From a bacterium (GTDB taxonomy: Bacteria > Pseudomonadota > Gammaproteobacteria > Arenicellales > Poriferihabitantaceae), in the NCBI GenBank assembly GCA_051008875.1, contig JBPCXC010000313.1, positions 1 to 35,664 on the forward strand: a DNA stretch of 35,664 nt. The letters are read 5' to 3'. Each line of letters starts with the position of its first letter. The stretch's first letter is position 1. A program made the position numbers and the translations under genes. Shown here in pieces: positions 19,550-27,869 of this stretch. The notes beneath the pieces were generated by a model. That model was not told the origin of the DNA, did not search any database, and saw only the letters and a program-made list of their open reading frames with translations.

Positions 19550-19620
19550 GGACATCGCGGACAACTTAGACAACTCGGACATCGCGGACATCGCGACAAC
19601 TTAAACTTTATGAACAACTT
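19550..19620. repeat. Cluster of short direct repeats (GACATCGCG x3, ACAACTY x4) upstream of the 112-aa ORF
   Basis: GACATCGCG starts at 19551, 19578 and 19587. ACAACTT or ACAACTC starts at 19561, 19570, 19596 and 19614. The last copy overlaps the putative -35. Confidence 0.7.
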
Positions 19621-19647
19621 GATTCACGAATTGAGGCAGCATATAAA
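19619..19647 (+). promoter_or_regulatory. Putative sigma-70 promoter TTGATT-17-TATAAA for ORF 19678
   Basis: The -35 is at 19619-19624 and the -10 at 19642-19647, with an exact 17-nt spacer. The box lies about 30 nt upstream of the ATG, in a segment of about 38% GC. Confidence 0.45.
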
Positions 19648-19677
19648 GCATTACCTTAATTCCTACGAGCAAAAACC

Positions 19678-20016
19678 ATGAAGCATGTTGAATCATCAAG
19701 ACCACCGGACAGCGTAGTTGCAGAGATCATCTCCGCGATCAAAAACAAAGCCAGTTTTGGAGCGTGCGGGTGTAAAGCAACATTCAGGTACCAGCAGGAA
19801 ACCGACAACGCGGTATGCTTGAAGCGATTGCTAAAAGGCACGGATACCCGCGTCTCGTTTAAAACACTCGCCAAAGGCATCGAAGCGATTCGGAAAGACC
19901 ATTCGCTTTATTACGCGAAAGGTCCCGGCGCGCTGCGCAAGGCGGCTGGAATCACGCATGTGACTTCGCCCACATGGGCGTTGCTGCGGAGCGTTCCGCT
20001 GAACGCCTTGCTCTAG
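19678..20016 (+). CDS. Hypothetical 112-aa protein inserted between lptE and holA (low-GC)
   Basis: The ORF comes from the track and I recognise no family. GC is clearly lower than in its neighbours. Its stop is 8 nt before the holA GTG. Confidence 0.5.
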   Translation: MKHVESSRPPDSVVAEIISAIKNKASFGACGCKATFRYQQETDNAVCLKRLLKGTDTRVSFKTLAKGIEAIRKDHSLYYAKGPGALRKAAGITHVTSPTWALLRSVPLNALL

Positions 20017-20024
20017 ATTCCGAA

Positions 20025-21134
20025 GTGCGCATCAACTTCTCCGCACTTCCCGGCCGGCTCGATCGCGGGCTTGCGCCGTTGTATCACTTGTTCGGCGGCG
20101 AGACGTTGTTGATCGAGGAGGCGTTGGAGGCGATTCGCGCGCGCGCGCGGGCGGATGGTTTTGGTGAGCGGATTCGTTATACCGTCGAGCCGGGTTTTGA
20201 TTGGGAGCGACTGGTCGCCAGCGGGCAGTCGGTGTCGTTGTTCGCCGACAAGCAGTTGATCGAGTTGCGGATGCCGAGCGCAAAGCCGGGGGCGGCGGGC
20301 GAGAAGGCGTTGGCGCGGTATGTCGAGGCGATGGACGGTGGCGACAATGCGTTGCTGGTGATCAGCGGCGCGATCGATCGGCGCGCGCAGAACGCCAAGT
20401 GGTTCAAGCAGATCGAGTCCGCCGGCGTTGCGGTCGAATGTCCGGCGATCGCGCCGGCGCAGTTGCCGGCGTGGGTCGAGCGGCGGATGCGCGCTAAAGG
20501 CTTGCAGTTCGAGACCGCGGCGGCGCAACGGCTGAGCGACTTCGTCGAGGGGAATCTGCTGGCTGCGGCGCAGGCGATCAATCTGCTGGTGCTGTTGTTC
20601 CCGCCGCCGGGGGCGTTGAAAGAGTCGTCGTCGCAGGAGTCATCGGCGCAAGAGTCATCGCCGAAAGATTCATCATCGCAACAATCGCCGCGCAAGATCA
20701 CGGTGGAAGCGGTGGAAAGCGCGATCGCTGATCATGCGCGTTTCAATGTCTATGCGTTCGTGGACGCTTGCTTGCTCGGCTCGGCGGAGCGTTGCACGCG
20801 AATCCTGCATAGCCTGCGGCGCGAGCAGGCCGAGCCGGTGCTGATTTTGTGGGCGTTGGCGAAGGAGATGCGCGCGCTGTGCCATCTCTCCGCCGGCCTC
20901 GCGCGCGGCGAGCGGCCGCAGACGCTGCTCAAGCGCCACGGCGTGTGGAGCAGCCGCAGCGGTATGGTTGACGCTGCGCTGCGCCGGCTGTCGGCGAGGC
21001 AATGCGAAAGCCTGCTGCGGCAACTCGCGCGCGTGGATTTAATGCTCAAGGGACGCGCACCGATGCAACGCCAAAGCATTTGGGAAGAGATCGAACGCAT
21101 CGGCCTGCAGATGTGCGGGCTACGGATTCAGTGA
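20025..21134 (+). CDS. holA: DNA polymerase III delta subunit
   Basis: The GTG start gives RINFSALPGRLDRGLAPLYHLFGGETLLIEEALEAIR, which parallels the E. coli HolA N-terminus as I recall it. It sits in the conserved position after lptE. Confidence 0.85.
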   Translation: MRINFSALPGRLDRGLAPLYHLFGGETLLIEEALEAIRARARADGFGERIRYTVEPGFDWERLVASGQSVSLFADKQLIELRMPSAKPGAAGEKALARYVEAMDGGDNALLVISGAIDRRAQNAKWFKQIESAGVAVECPAIAPAQLPAWVERRMRAKGLQFETAAAQRLSDFVEGNLLAAAQAINLLVLLFPPPGALKESSSQESSAQESSPKDSSSQQSPRKITVEAVESAIADHARFNVYAFVDACLLGSAERCTRILHSLRREQAEPVLILWALAKEMRALCHLSAGLARGERPQTLLKRHGVWSSRSGMVDAALRRLSARQCESLLRQLARVDLMLKGRAPMQRQSIWEEIERIGLQMCGLRIQ

Positions 21135-21250
21135 ACGCGGTTACGGTGCGCGGTTGTTGTTATGCGCGGCAATCGCGCACGAACAAGATCCCCCGCCGCA
21201 ATTGATGCGCTCGGTTGCGCGATGACGACTGCGCGCCATCGCCCGATCGT

Positions 21251-21259
21251 TGTTATACT
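21251..21259 (+). promoter_or_regulatory. Putative extended -10 TGTTATACT upstream of proA
   Basis: A TGn + TATACT box ends 43 nt before the proA ATG. Confidence 0.35.
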
Positions 21260-21301
21260 CGCTGGATTCCAACGCCGCGCGAATGCAACGCGCCGACGCT
21301 C

Positions 21302-22588
21302 ATGACCACGCCCAGCACCGCTGAACAGCAGCCCGACATCGCCGCGTATATGGCGCGGCTTGGGGCCAGCGCGCGCGCGGCGTCGGCGGTGCTCGCCGAG
21401 GCTGCGACCGCCGACAAGAACCTTGCGTTGGAGGCGATCGCGCAGCGGTTGTTGGATGATCAGGACGCGATCTTGCAAGCCAACGCGAACGATGTGCGCG
21501 GCGGCGAGCGCAATCGTTTGAGCGATGCGTTGATGGATCGTTTGCAACTGAACGAAGCGCGCATCGCGGCGATGGCCGAAGGTTGCCGCCAAGTCGCGCA
21601 ACTGCCCGATCCGGTCGGCGAGATCACCGACTTGGTGTATCGTCCGAGCGGAATTCAAGTCGGCAAGATGCGCGTGCCGCTGGGCGCGATCGGCATCATT
21701 TACGAGTCGCGCCCGAACGTCACCATAGATGCCGCCGCGTTGTGCTTGAAGGCGGGCAACGCGGTGATTCTGCGCGGCGGCTCCGAGGCGTTGCATTCCA
21801 ATCTCGCGCTCGCCGAATCATTGCGCGCCGGCTTGCGGCAGGCGGGTTTGCCGGCGGACGCGGCGCAGTTGGTTGAGACGACCGATCGCACTGCGGTCGG
21901 CGCGTTGATCACGATGCCGGAGTACATCGACGTCATCGTCCCGCGCGGCGGCAAGGGCTTGATCGAGCGCATCAGCCGCGAGGCGTCGGTGCCGGTGATC
22001 AAGCATCAAGACGGCATGTGCCATGTGTATGTGGACGGCGACGCCGACTTAGGTTGCGCTGGCGAAGTCGCGTTCAACGCCAAGGCGCGGCGCTATGGAA
22101 TCTGCGGCGCGATGGAGACGCTGCTGGTGGACGCGGCGGTGGCGCGCGAGTTGTTGCCGGATTTATCGCGGCGGTATCTCGAGCATGGCATCGAGTTGCG
22201 CGGCTGCGAACGCTCGCGCGCGATCGTGCCGCAGATGAACGCGGCGACGGCGGATGATTGGCGCGCCGAATATCTCGACGCGATCCTCGCCGTGCGCGTG
22301 GTCGACGGCGTCGAGCAGGCGATCGCGCACATCAATGAATACGGCTCGCATCACACCGACTCGATCCTCACCGAAAACTGGCCGCGCGCGCGGCGATTCC
22401 TGCGCCAAGTGGATTCGAGTTCGGTTATGGTCAACGCTTCGACCCAATTCGCCGACGGCTTCGAATATGGCCTCGGCGCGGAAATCGGCATCAGCACCGA
22501 CAAACTGCATGTGCGCGGTCCGGTCGGCTTGGTCGGCCTGACCTGCCAAAAGTATATCGTCATCGGCGACGGCCACGTTCGTCCCTGA
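21302..22588 (+). CDS. proA: Gamma-glutamyl phosphate reductase
   Basis: 428 aa counted from the internal ATG, with [14 protein letters not shown] and [13 protein letters not shown] motifs. Confidence 0.93.
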   Translation: MTTPSTAEQQPDIAAYMARLGASARAASAVLAEAATADKNLALEAIAQRLLDDQDAILQANANDVRGGERNRLSDALMDRLQLNEARIAAMAEGCRQVAQLPDPVGEITDLVYRPSGIQVGKMRVPLGAIGIIYESRPNVTIDAAALCLKAGNAVILRGGSEALHSNLALAESLRAGLRQAGLPADAAQLVETTDRTAVGALITMPEYIDVIVPRGGKGLIERISREASVPVIKHQDGMCHVYVDGDADLGCAGEVAFNAKARRYGICGAMETLLVDAAVARELLPDLSRRYLEHGIELRGCERSRAIVPQMNAATADDWRAEYLDAILAVRVVDGVEQAIAHINEYGSHHTDSILTENWPRARRFLRQVDSSSVMVNASTQFADGFEYGLGAEIGISTDKLHVRGPVGLVGLTCQKYIVIGDGHVRP

Positions 22589-22672
22589 GCGCGCACGCGC
22601 GACTCTACTTATCGCGCGCATCTCCGCGCGACTTCACTTCTTACCGCGCGCGAAGCGACGCGCACTTCTGCG

Positions 22673-23281
22673 CTAACGCAACAAATGCGCGGCGATGATT
22701 TCGCTCGCCTCTTCGACTCCATCGCGCTTGATCGCCGAGAACAACTGCACCGTCGCCAACTGCGCGACGCCATCGCGCGACTCCACTTCCGCGCGCGCAC
22801 GAAGCAGCGCGTTGGCCGCTTGACCGCGCTTGAACTTGTCCGCCTTGGTCAGCAGGATATGCGCCGGCAAGCTGATTTCGCGACAGCAGCCGAGCATCGC
22901 GCGATCGAGTTCGGTCAGCGGGCGGCGGATGTCCATTGGCACCACCAATGCCTTCAGGCAGGCGCGTCGAGTCAAATATTCCTCGATGAAACCTTGCCAA
23001 TGCCGGCGCAAGTCCTGCGGCGCCTTGGCGTAGCCGTAGCCGGGTAGATCAACCAGCCGATGCGCCGCGTCGAGATCGAAGAACACGATCTGGCGGGTGC
23101 GACCGGGCGTCTTGCTGGCATGCGCCAGACGTTTTTGATTGACGATGGCGTTGATCGCGCTCGACTTGCCGACGTTCGAGCGTCCGGCGAACGCGACCTC
23201 GGCGCCCGCGTCCGGCGGCCACTGGTGCGAATAATGCGCGGCGCAGGCATACGCTGCGCGGGTGAAGTCGATCGCGGTCAC
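22673..23281 (-). CDS. engB: Ribosome-biogenesis GTPase EngB/YihA
   Basis: It has a GTG start, G1 AFAGRSNVGKSS and G3 DLPGYGYA. It is divergent from cytochrome c4, as in many gammaproteobacteria. Confidence 0.93.
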   Translation of the reverse strand: MTAIDFTRAAYACAAHYSHQWPPDAGAEVAFAGRSNVGKSSAINAIVNQKRLAHASKTPGRTRQIVFFDLDAAHRLVDLPGYGYAKAPQDLRRHWQGFIEEYLTRRACLKALVVPMDIRRPLTELDRAMLGCCREISLPAHILLTKADKFKRGQAANALLRARAEVESRDGVAQLATVQLFSAIKRDGVEEASEIIAAHLLR

Positions 23282-23292
23282 GTGTCGGTCGG

Positions 23293-23321
23293 TTGTTGGC
23301 GGGGTTGGAAAGTGCTATAAT
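23293..23321 (+). promoter_or_regulatory. Putative promoter TTGTTG-17-(TGc)TATAAT for cytochrome c4
   Basis: A perfect extended -10, TGCTATAAT, lies at 23313-23321, with a weak -35 at 23293-23298. Confidence 0.5.
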
Positions 23322-23492
23322 CGGCGGCGGATTCGCCGCGGCGTGGATTGTACGAGATTAACGCGTTGCTTTGTGCGCTACGGCGTGCGTTGCGGTGTGC
23401 GATCAAATCCGCCGCGGTCGAATCAATCTGAAGCGATGACAACAACCATTCAACCCAACTTCAACGCCCCGACCTCAACATATATTGAGACC

Positions 23493-24107
23493 ATGATTCG
23501 TTTCTCCAAATCACTCTTCGCCGCATTTTTTGCTGGCGCGTTGTTCACCGGCGCGGCCGGCGCGCAGCAAGGCGACGCCGCCGCGGGCCGGACCGCGGCG
23601 GCGCCATGCGCGGCGTGCCACGGCGCCGACGGCAACAGCCCGACCGACCAGTTCCCGAATCTCGCCGGCCAAGTGCCCGGCTACATCGCCGCGCAACTCG
23701 CCAAGTTCAAGTCCGGCGAGCGCGCCGGCACGGTGATGCCGGCGATGTCGGCGCCGTTGTCGGACGCCGACATGGCGGATCTGGACGCCTATTACAGCGG
23801 CCTCGAGCCGCGCATCGGAGCGATCACGCCAGAGCAGGAGGCGACCGCGCTCGCCGGCGGCAAAATCTATCGCGGCGGCTTCGCGCAGTACAACATTCCC
23901 GCTTGCATGGGCTGCCACGGACCTTCCGGCCACGGCATTCCGCCGGCGTTCCCGCGGCTGTCGGGGCAGCACGCGGCATACATCGAGGCGGAGTTGCTGG
24001 CGTTCAAGTCGGGCGCGCGCGCGGACGCGGTGATGAATCCGATCGCGTTCCCGCTATCGGCGCAGCAGATTAAGGAGTTGGCGTTGTATATTTCGGCACT
24101 GCACTGA
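23493..24107 (+). CDS. Dihaem cytochrome c4
   Basis: It has a signal peptide MIRFSKSLFAAFFAGALFTGAAGA and two haem motifs, CAACH and CMGCH, each followed by a distal Met region. Confidence 0.9.
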   Translation: MIRFSKSLFAAFFAGALFTGAAGAQQGDAAAGRTAAAPCAACHGADGNSPTDQFPNLAGQVPGYIAAQLAKFKSGERAGTVMPAMSAPLSDADMADLDAYYSGLEPRIGAITPEQEATALAGGKIYRGGFAQYNIPACMGCHGPSGHGIPPAFPRLSGQHAAYIEAELLAFKSGARADAVMNPIAFPLSAQQIKELALYISALH

Positions 24108-24117
24108 CGCGTCGCAC

Positions 24118-24180
24118 AGCGATCACAAATTCGCGATAACAAACTCGCGATCACAAACTCGCGATCACAAACTCGCAATT
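24118..24180. repeat. 14-bp tandem repeat CGCGATCACAAACT x4.5
   Basis: Units start at 24118, 24132, 24146 and 24160, with a partial unit at 24174. Three units contain GATC. Confidence 0.9.
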
Positions 24181-24181
24181 A

Positions 24182-24215
24182 GTCAGCACGCCGCCGCCAG
24201 CGTGTTGCGCGGCAG
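24182..24215 (-). repeat. 34-bp duplicate of the folD 3' coding end (31/34 identical to 24339-24372), carrying its own in-frame TGA
   Basis: gtcagcacgccgccgccagcgtgttgcgcggcag aligns with gtcggcacgccgccgccagcgtgttgcgtagcag. On the minus strand the copy reads [10 protein letters not shown]. Confidence 0.85.
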
Positions 24216-24306
24216 ATTAAAGAGTCGGCATTGTCATCTCGTCGCCGCACTCAATGTAGCATCGCCCGCGCCGCGCATTGTTCGCACGATGATTGCAAAC
24301 GCGCGA

Positions 24307-25191
24307 TCACAATCCTTCAGGCATCTCAACCCCATGCTGTCGGCACGCCGCCGCCAGCGTGTTGCGTAGCAGGCAGGCGATGGTCATCGGACCGACGCCG
24401 CCGGGCACTGGCGTGATCGCGCCGGCGACTTGCGATGCGCCGGCGAAGTCGACATCGCCGACCAGTTTGGATCGCTCCGGCGCGGTCTCGACGCGGTTGA
24501 TGCCGACGTCAATCACGGTCGCGCCGGGCTTGATCCAGTCGCCGCGGATCATCTCCGCCACGCCGACCGCCGCGACCAGAATGTCGGCGCCGCGGCACAC
24601 CGCCGGCAGATCGCGCGTGCGCGAATGCGCCACCGTGACCGTGCAACTCTCGCGCAGCAGCAGCATCGCCATCGGCTTGCCGACGATGTTCGATCGCCCG
24701 ACCACCACCGCGCTTTTGCCGGCGAGATCGTCGAGTTGATGTTGCAGCAACAGCAAGCAGCCGACCGGCGTGCACGGCGCGAGCGCGTCTTCGCCGACCG
24801 AAAGTTTGCCGACGTTTTCGATGTGGAAGCCGTCCACATCCTTCTCCACCGCGATCGCGTTGATGACTTTGGATGCGTTGATCTGCTTCGGCAGCGGCAG
24901 TTGCACCAAAATGCCGTGCACCGCCGGGTCGTCGTTCAGTTGCGCCACGCGCGCGAGCAACTCCGCTTCGCTCGCGTCCGCCGGCAGTTTGTGCTCGAAC
25001 GAGTTCATTCCGGCGGCGACGGTCTGCTTGCCTTTGTTGCGGACATACACGCTGCTCGCCGGGTCGTCGCCGACCAGCACCACCGCCAGCCCGGGCTGGA
25101 CGCCGTCGCGCGCGCGCAACGTCTCGACCGCGCCGCGCACGCGCTCGCGCAGTCCAGCGGCGAACGCCTTGCCGTCTATGATCGTTGCCAT
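24307..25191 (-). CDS. folD: Bifunctional methylenetetrahydrofolate dehydrogenase/cyclohydrolase
   Basis: It starts [18 protein letters not shown] and has PGGVGPMT near the C-terminus. The track ORF N-terminal extension was rejected. Confidence 0.93.
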   Translation of the reverse strand: MATIIDGKAFAAGLRERVRGAVETLRARDGVQPGLAVVLVGDDPASSVYVRNKGKQTVAAGMNSFEHKLPADASEAELLARVAQLNDDPAVHGILVQLPLPKQINASKVINAIAVEKDVDGFHIENVGKLSVGEDALAPCTPVGCLLLLQHQLDDLAGKSAVVVGRSNIVGKPMAMLLLRESCTVTVAHSRTRDLPAVCRGADILVAAVGVAEMIRGDWIKPGATVIDVGINRVETAPERSKLVGDVDFAGASQVAGAITPVPGGVGPMTIACLLRNTLAAACRQHGVEMPEGL

Positions 25192-25350
25192 GTGAATGGG
25201 TGTTGCGGTGGGTGTTGCAATGAAGCAACGGCGGATTTGACCACAAGCCGCCGCCGCGGGCAAGTTGAACGGCGCGGCGAAACGGTGCAGTATAACCGCG
25301 CGCCGCCGACGCCAAGTCGCCGAGTCGCCGACGCCGAAGTTGCCACGACG

Positions 25351-26349
25351 ATGCCCAAGTTCGACAAAATCGCCTACCTATTCCCCGGCCAGGGCGCGCA
25401 GTATGCGGGCATCGGCAAAGACTTGCACGACCAGTTCGCGGTGGTGCGCGATGCATACGCCGAAGCCGGCGACGCGCTCGGCTACGACATCGCCGAGTTG
25501 TCCTTCGCCGCGGCGGACTCGTCCGAGCGCATCAACTTGACGCGCTTCACCCAGCCGGTTCTGCTGACGCATTCCATCGCTTGCTTGCGCGCGTTGCGCC
25601 AGCAAACTGATTTCGATTTAACGACGCGCACGACGTTGGCGGCCGGGCATAGCCTCGGCGAATACACCGCGCTGGTCGCCGCCGACGCGCTGTCGTTCGC
25701 GCAGGCGTTGCGCTTGGTGAAGACGCGCGGCGAGTTGATGGGCGCGCACGGACGCGGCGAGATGGAGGCGTTGATGATCGATCGCGCCGGCGTCGAGTCG
25801 TTGGCGGCGCGACATTGCTGCGGCATCGCCGCGTGCAACTTGCCGACGCAGACCGTGGTCGGCGGCGCGGCGGAGGACTTGGACGCGCTGGTCTGCGACC
25901 TCGCCGCGCAACGCCCGCGCATGCGCAGCACGCGGCTGAAGACCGAAGGCGCGTTCCACACTTATTACATGGTCGAAGCCGCGTTGCGTTTCCGCGAGGC
26001 GCTGGCGCAGACCGAAATCGCCGCGCCGCGCTTCGCGGTGCTGTCGAATTTCACCGGCGACTTCCACGACGCCGACGCCGACGCGATCAAGTCGCGCCTG
26101 TTCATGCAGTTGTTCAACCCAGTGCTGTGGCACCAAAACCTGACCCGCGCCGCCGACGCGCTGGCCGCCGCCGACGCGCTGCTGATCGAGTTCGGCGGCG
26201 GCCTCGGCGCGGGAGACGCGCCAGCGGACAAGCGTCCGAACTTGGAGGCCATCGTCAAAAAAACCTGCCGCGGCGATAGCGCGCCAGCGTATCGTGCGGT
26301 GATTAATGCGCGGACTTTGGCGGAGACGGTTGCGGTGTTGGATGAATAG
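25351..26349 (+). CDS. FabD-like acyltransferase ([ACP] S-malonyltransferase family paralogue)
   Basis: It has FPGQGAQ, the nucleophile elbow GHSLGEY, Arg in VKTRGE and His in GAFHT. It is not in a fab cluster. Confidence 0.8.
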   Translation: MPKFDKIAYLFPGQGAQYAGIGKDLHDQFAVVRDAYAEAGDALGYDIAELSFAAADSSERINLTRFTQPVLLTHSIACLRALRQQTDFDLTTRTTLAAGHSLGEYTALVAADALSFAQALRLVKTRGELMGAHGRGEMEALMIDRAGVESLAARHCCGIAACNLPTQTVVGGAAEDLDALVCDLAAQRPRMRSTRLKTEGAFHTYYMVEAALRFREALAQTEIAAPRFAVLSNFTGDFHDADADAIKSRLFMQLFNPVLWHQNLTRAADALAAADALLIEFGGGLGAGDAPADKRPNLEAIVKKTCRGDSAPAYRAVINARTLAETVAVLDE

Positions 26350-26410
26350 CACGCGACGCACAAATGGCTCGCTGCGCTCGCGCCATACTGATGTACTCTT
26401 TTTTGCCGTT

Positions 26411-26605
26411 ATTCCCGCTTCTCCCCGATCGTCATTCCCGCGCTCTTAATGGCGGGAATCCACGTCTGAGTCGTGCGAGCGAAGCGAGCCCGAAGGGCGA
26501 GTATCAGGATGATACGAGCAAAAAAACGCCGGGAGCGTTTTTTCGCGAGCACAGCGAGTCCGCAGGGCGCGTATCAAGATGGATACACGCAATGACGGCG
26601 GAAAG
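26411..26605. repeat. Intergenic mosaic repeat element, locus C (H hairpin + two inverted T-module arms around an A6/T6 hairpin)
   Basis: CGTCATTCCCGCGCTCTTAATGGCGGGAATCC starts at 26430. AGCGAGCCCGAAGGGCGAGTATCAGGATGATACGAGC and AGCGAGTCCGCAGGGCGCGTATCAAGATGGATACACGC flank the hairpin AAAAAACGC-cggga-GCGTTTTTT (26521-26543). Confidence 0.85.
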
Positions 26606-26636
26606 AGAAAGCGACTTACTCCGCGCGCAATCCGCG

Positions 26637-27701
26637 TTATTCCCCACGCTTCCCCCGCCGTCGCGATCGTTTGCGCCCGCCCGCGCCGCCAACTGCCCCG
26701 GCGGCGATGCTCATTTCGCCACGTAGTTGCGCTTTTGCGCCGGCGGAAACTTCGCCGAGTTGGTCTTCGATGTTGGCCAGCGTCGGTAGCGCGCGCGCGT
26801 GGTGTTGGTCGAGCGCGGCGCGCATCGCGGCGATGTGCGCCGGCGTGGTGCCGCAGCAGCCGCCGATGATCTTCGCGCCGGCGTCCACCGCGAACTTGGC
26901 GTATTCCGACATGATCCGCGCGTCGCCGCTATAGACGATCTCGCCGTCGATGTATTCCGGCACGCCGCAGTTCGCCTTCGCCACCAAGATCGGTTCCAGC
27001 CCAAGTTGTTCGGCGGCGCAGCGCATGTTGATCGTCGCGGCGATCAACTCCGACGCGCCGACTCCGCAGTTCGCGCCGATCGCGTCCGGCGCGCGCGGCA
27101 TGCGGCGGCTGAGCGCGATGATGTCCGCCGGCGCGAGCCCCATCATCGTGCGCCCGTTGGTGTCCACGCTGAAGGTGGCGACGATCGGCAGGCCCGCGCT
27201 CGCGGCGCCGTCGATCGCCGCTTGCACTTCCTCCTTCGACGACATCGTCTCGATCCAAAACACATCGGCGCCGCCGTCGCGCAACGCATGCGCCTGCTGC
27301 GCGAACGCGTCGGCGGCGTCGTCGTGGTGTAAGTCGCCGAGCGGCTGCATGATTTCGCCGGTGGGACCCATCGAGCCGCCGACGATGATCTCGCGTCCGG
27401 CGGCGTCGGCTTCGCGCCGCGCGATTTGCGCGCCTTTGCGATTCAACTCCGCCACCCGCGCTTGCGCGCGGTGCAGTTTCAGCCGGTGGCGCGTGCCGCC
27501 GAAGGTGTTGGTCAGCACGATGTCGGCGCCGGCGGCGATGAAGTCGCGGCATTGCCGCGCGACGCGATCGGGGTGGAGGTCGTTCCACAACTCTGGCGAG
27601 TCGCCGGTGCTCAATCCGGCGTCGAACAAGTTCGAGCCGGTGGCGCCGTCCGCCAGCAGCACGCCGCGTTGTTGCAGCAGTCGGTTGATGATGTCGGTCA
27701 T
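26637..27701 (-). CDS. Homocysteine S-methyltransferase domain protein (BHMT/MmuM-like)
   Basis: It starts MTDIINRLL and has LTNTFG, GANCG and GGCCGTTP (zinc-binding cysteines). Confidence 0.85.
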   Translation of the reverse strand: MTDIINRLLQQRGVLLADGATGSNLFDAGLSTGDSPELWNDLHPDRVARQCRDFIAAGADIVLTNTFGGTRHRLKLHRAQARVAELNRKGAQIARREADAAGREIIVGGSMGPTGEIMQPLGDLHHDDAADAFAQQAHALRDGGADVFWIETMSSKEEVQAAIDGAASAGLPIVATFSVDTNGRTMMGLAPADIIALSRRMPRAPDAIGANCGVGASELIAATINMRCAAEQLGLEPILVAKANCGVPEYIDGEIVYSGDARIMSEYAKFAVDAGAKIIGGCCGTTPAHIAAMRAALDQHHARALPTLANIEDQLGEVSAGAKAQLRGEMSIAAGAVGGAGGRKRSRRRGKRGE

Positions 27702-27758
27702 GCCGCTTGCATTTTCGCTTGAACTTGCGCTTGCGCTGCGATTGGAATCGATGCGCCG

Positions 27759-27767
27759 AGTATAGCA
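27759..27767 (-). promoter_or_regulatory. Putative extended -10 TGCTATACT for the homocysteine methyltransferase gene
   Basis: The plus strand reads agtatagca, about 58 nt upstream of the ATG at 27701. Confidence 0.35.
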
Positions 27768-27869
27768 AGCGAACTTGACCGCGCGCGCGCGTTGTGCGAT
27801 GTTGTGGTCGCACCCAACGATCAACGCCAACGTCCAACGCCCGACGCGATCGCCGCGGCAACCGCGACC

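Noticed and set aside
22589-22672. A bidirectional terminator in the convergent proA-engB spacer (repeated GCGCGAC-type strings).
   Set aside because: Only imperfect, interrupted pairings are possible and there are no flanking T-tracts, so I cannot support it from sequence alone.
27702-27869. A riboswitch or leader upstream of the homocysteine methyltransferase gene (SAM/SAH) or upstream of moeB (Moco).
   Set aside because: I could not recognise the conserved cores of these riboswitch classes in either spacer. Only promoter-like boxes are visible.
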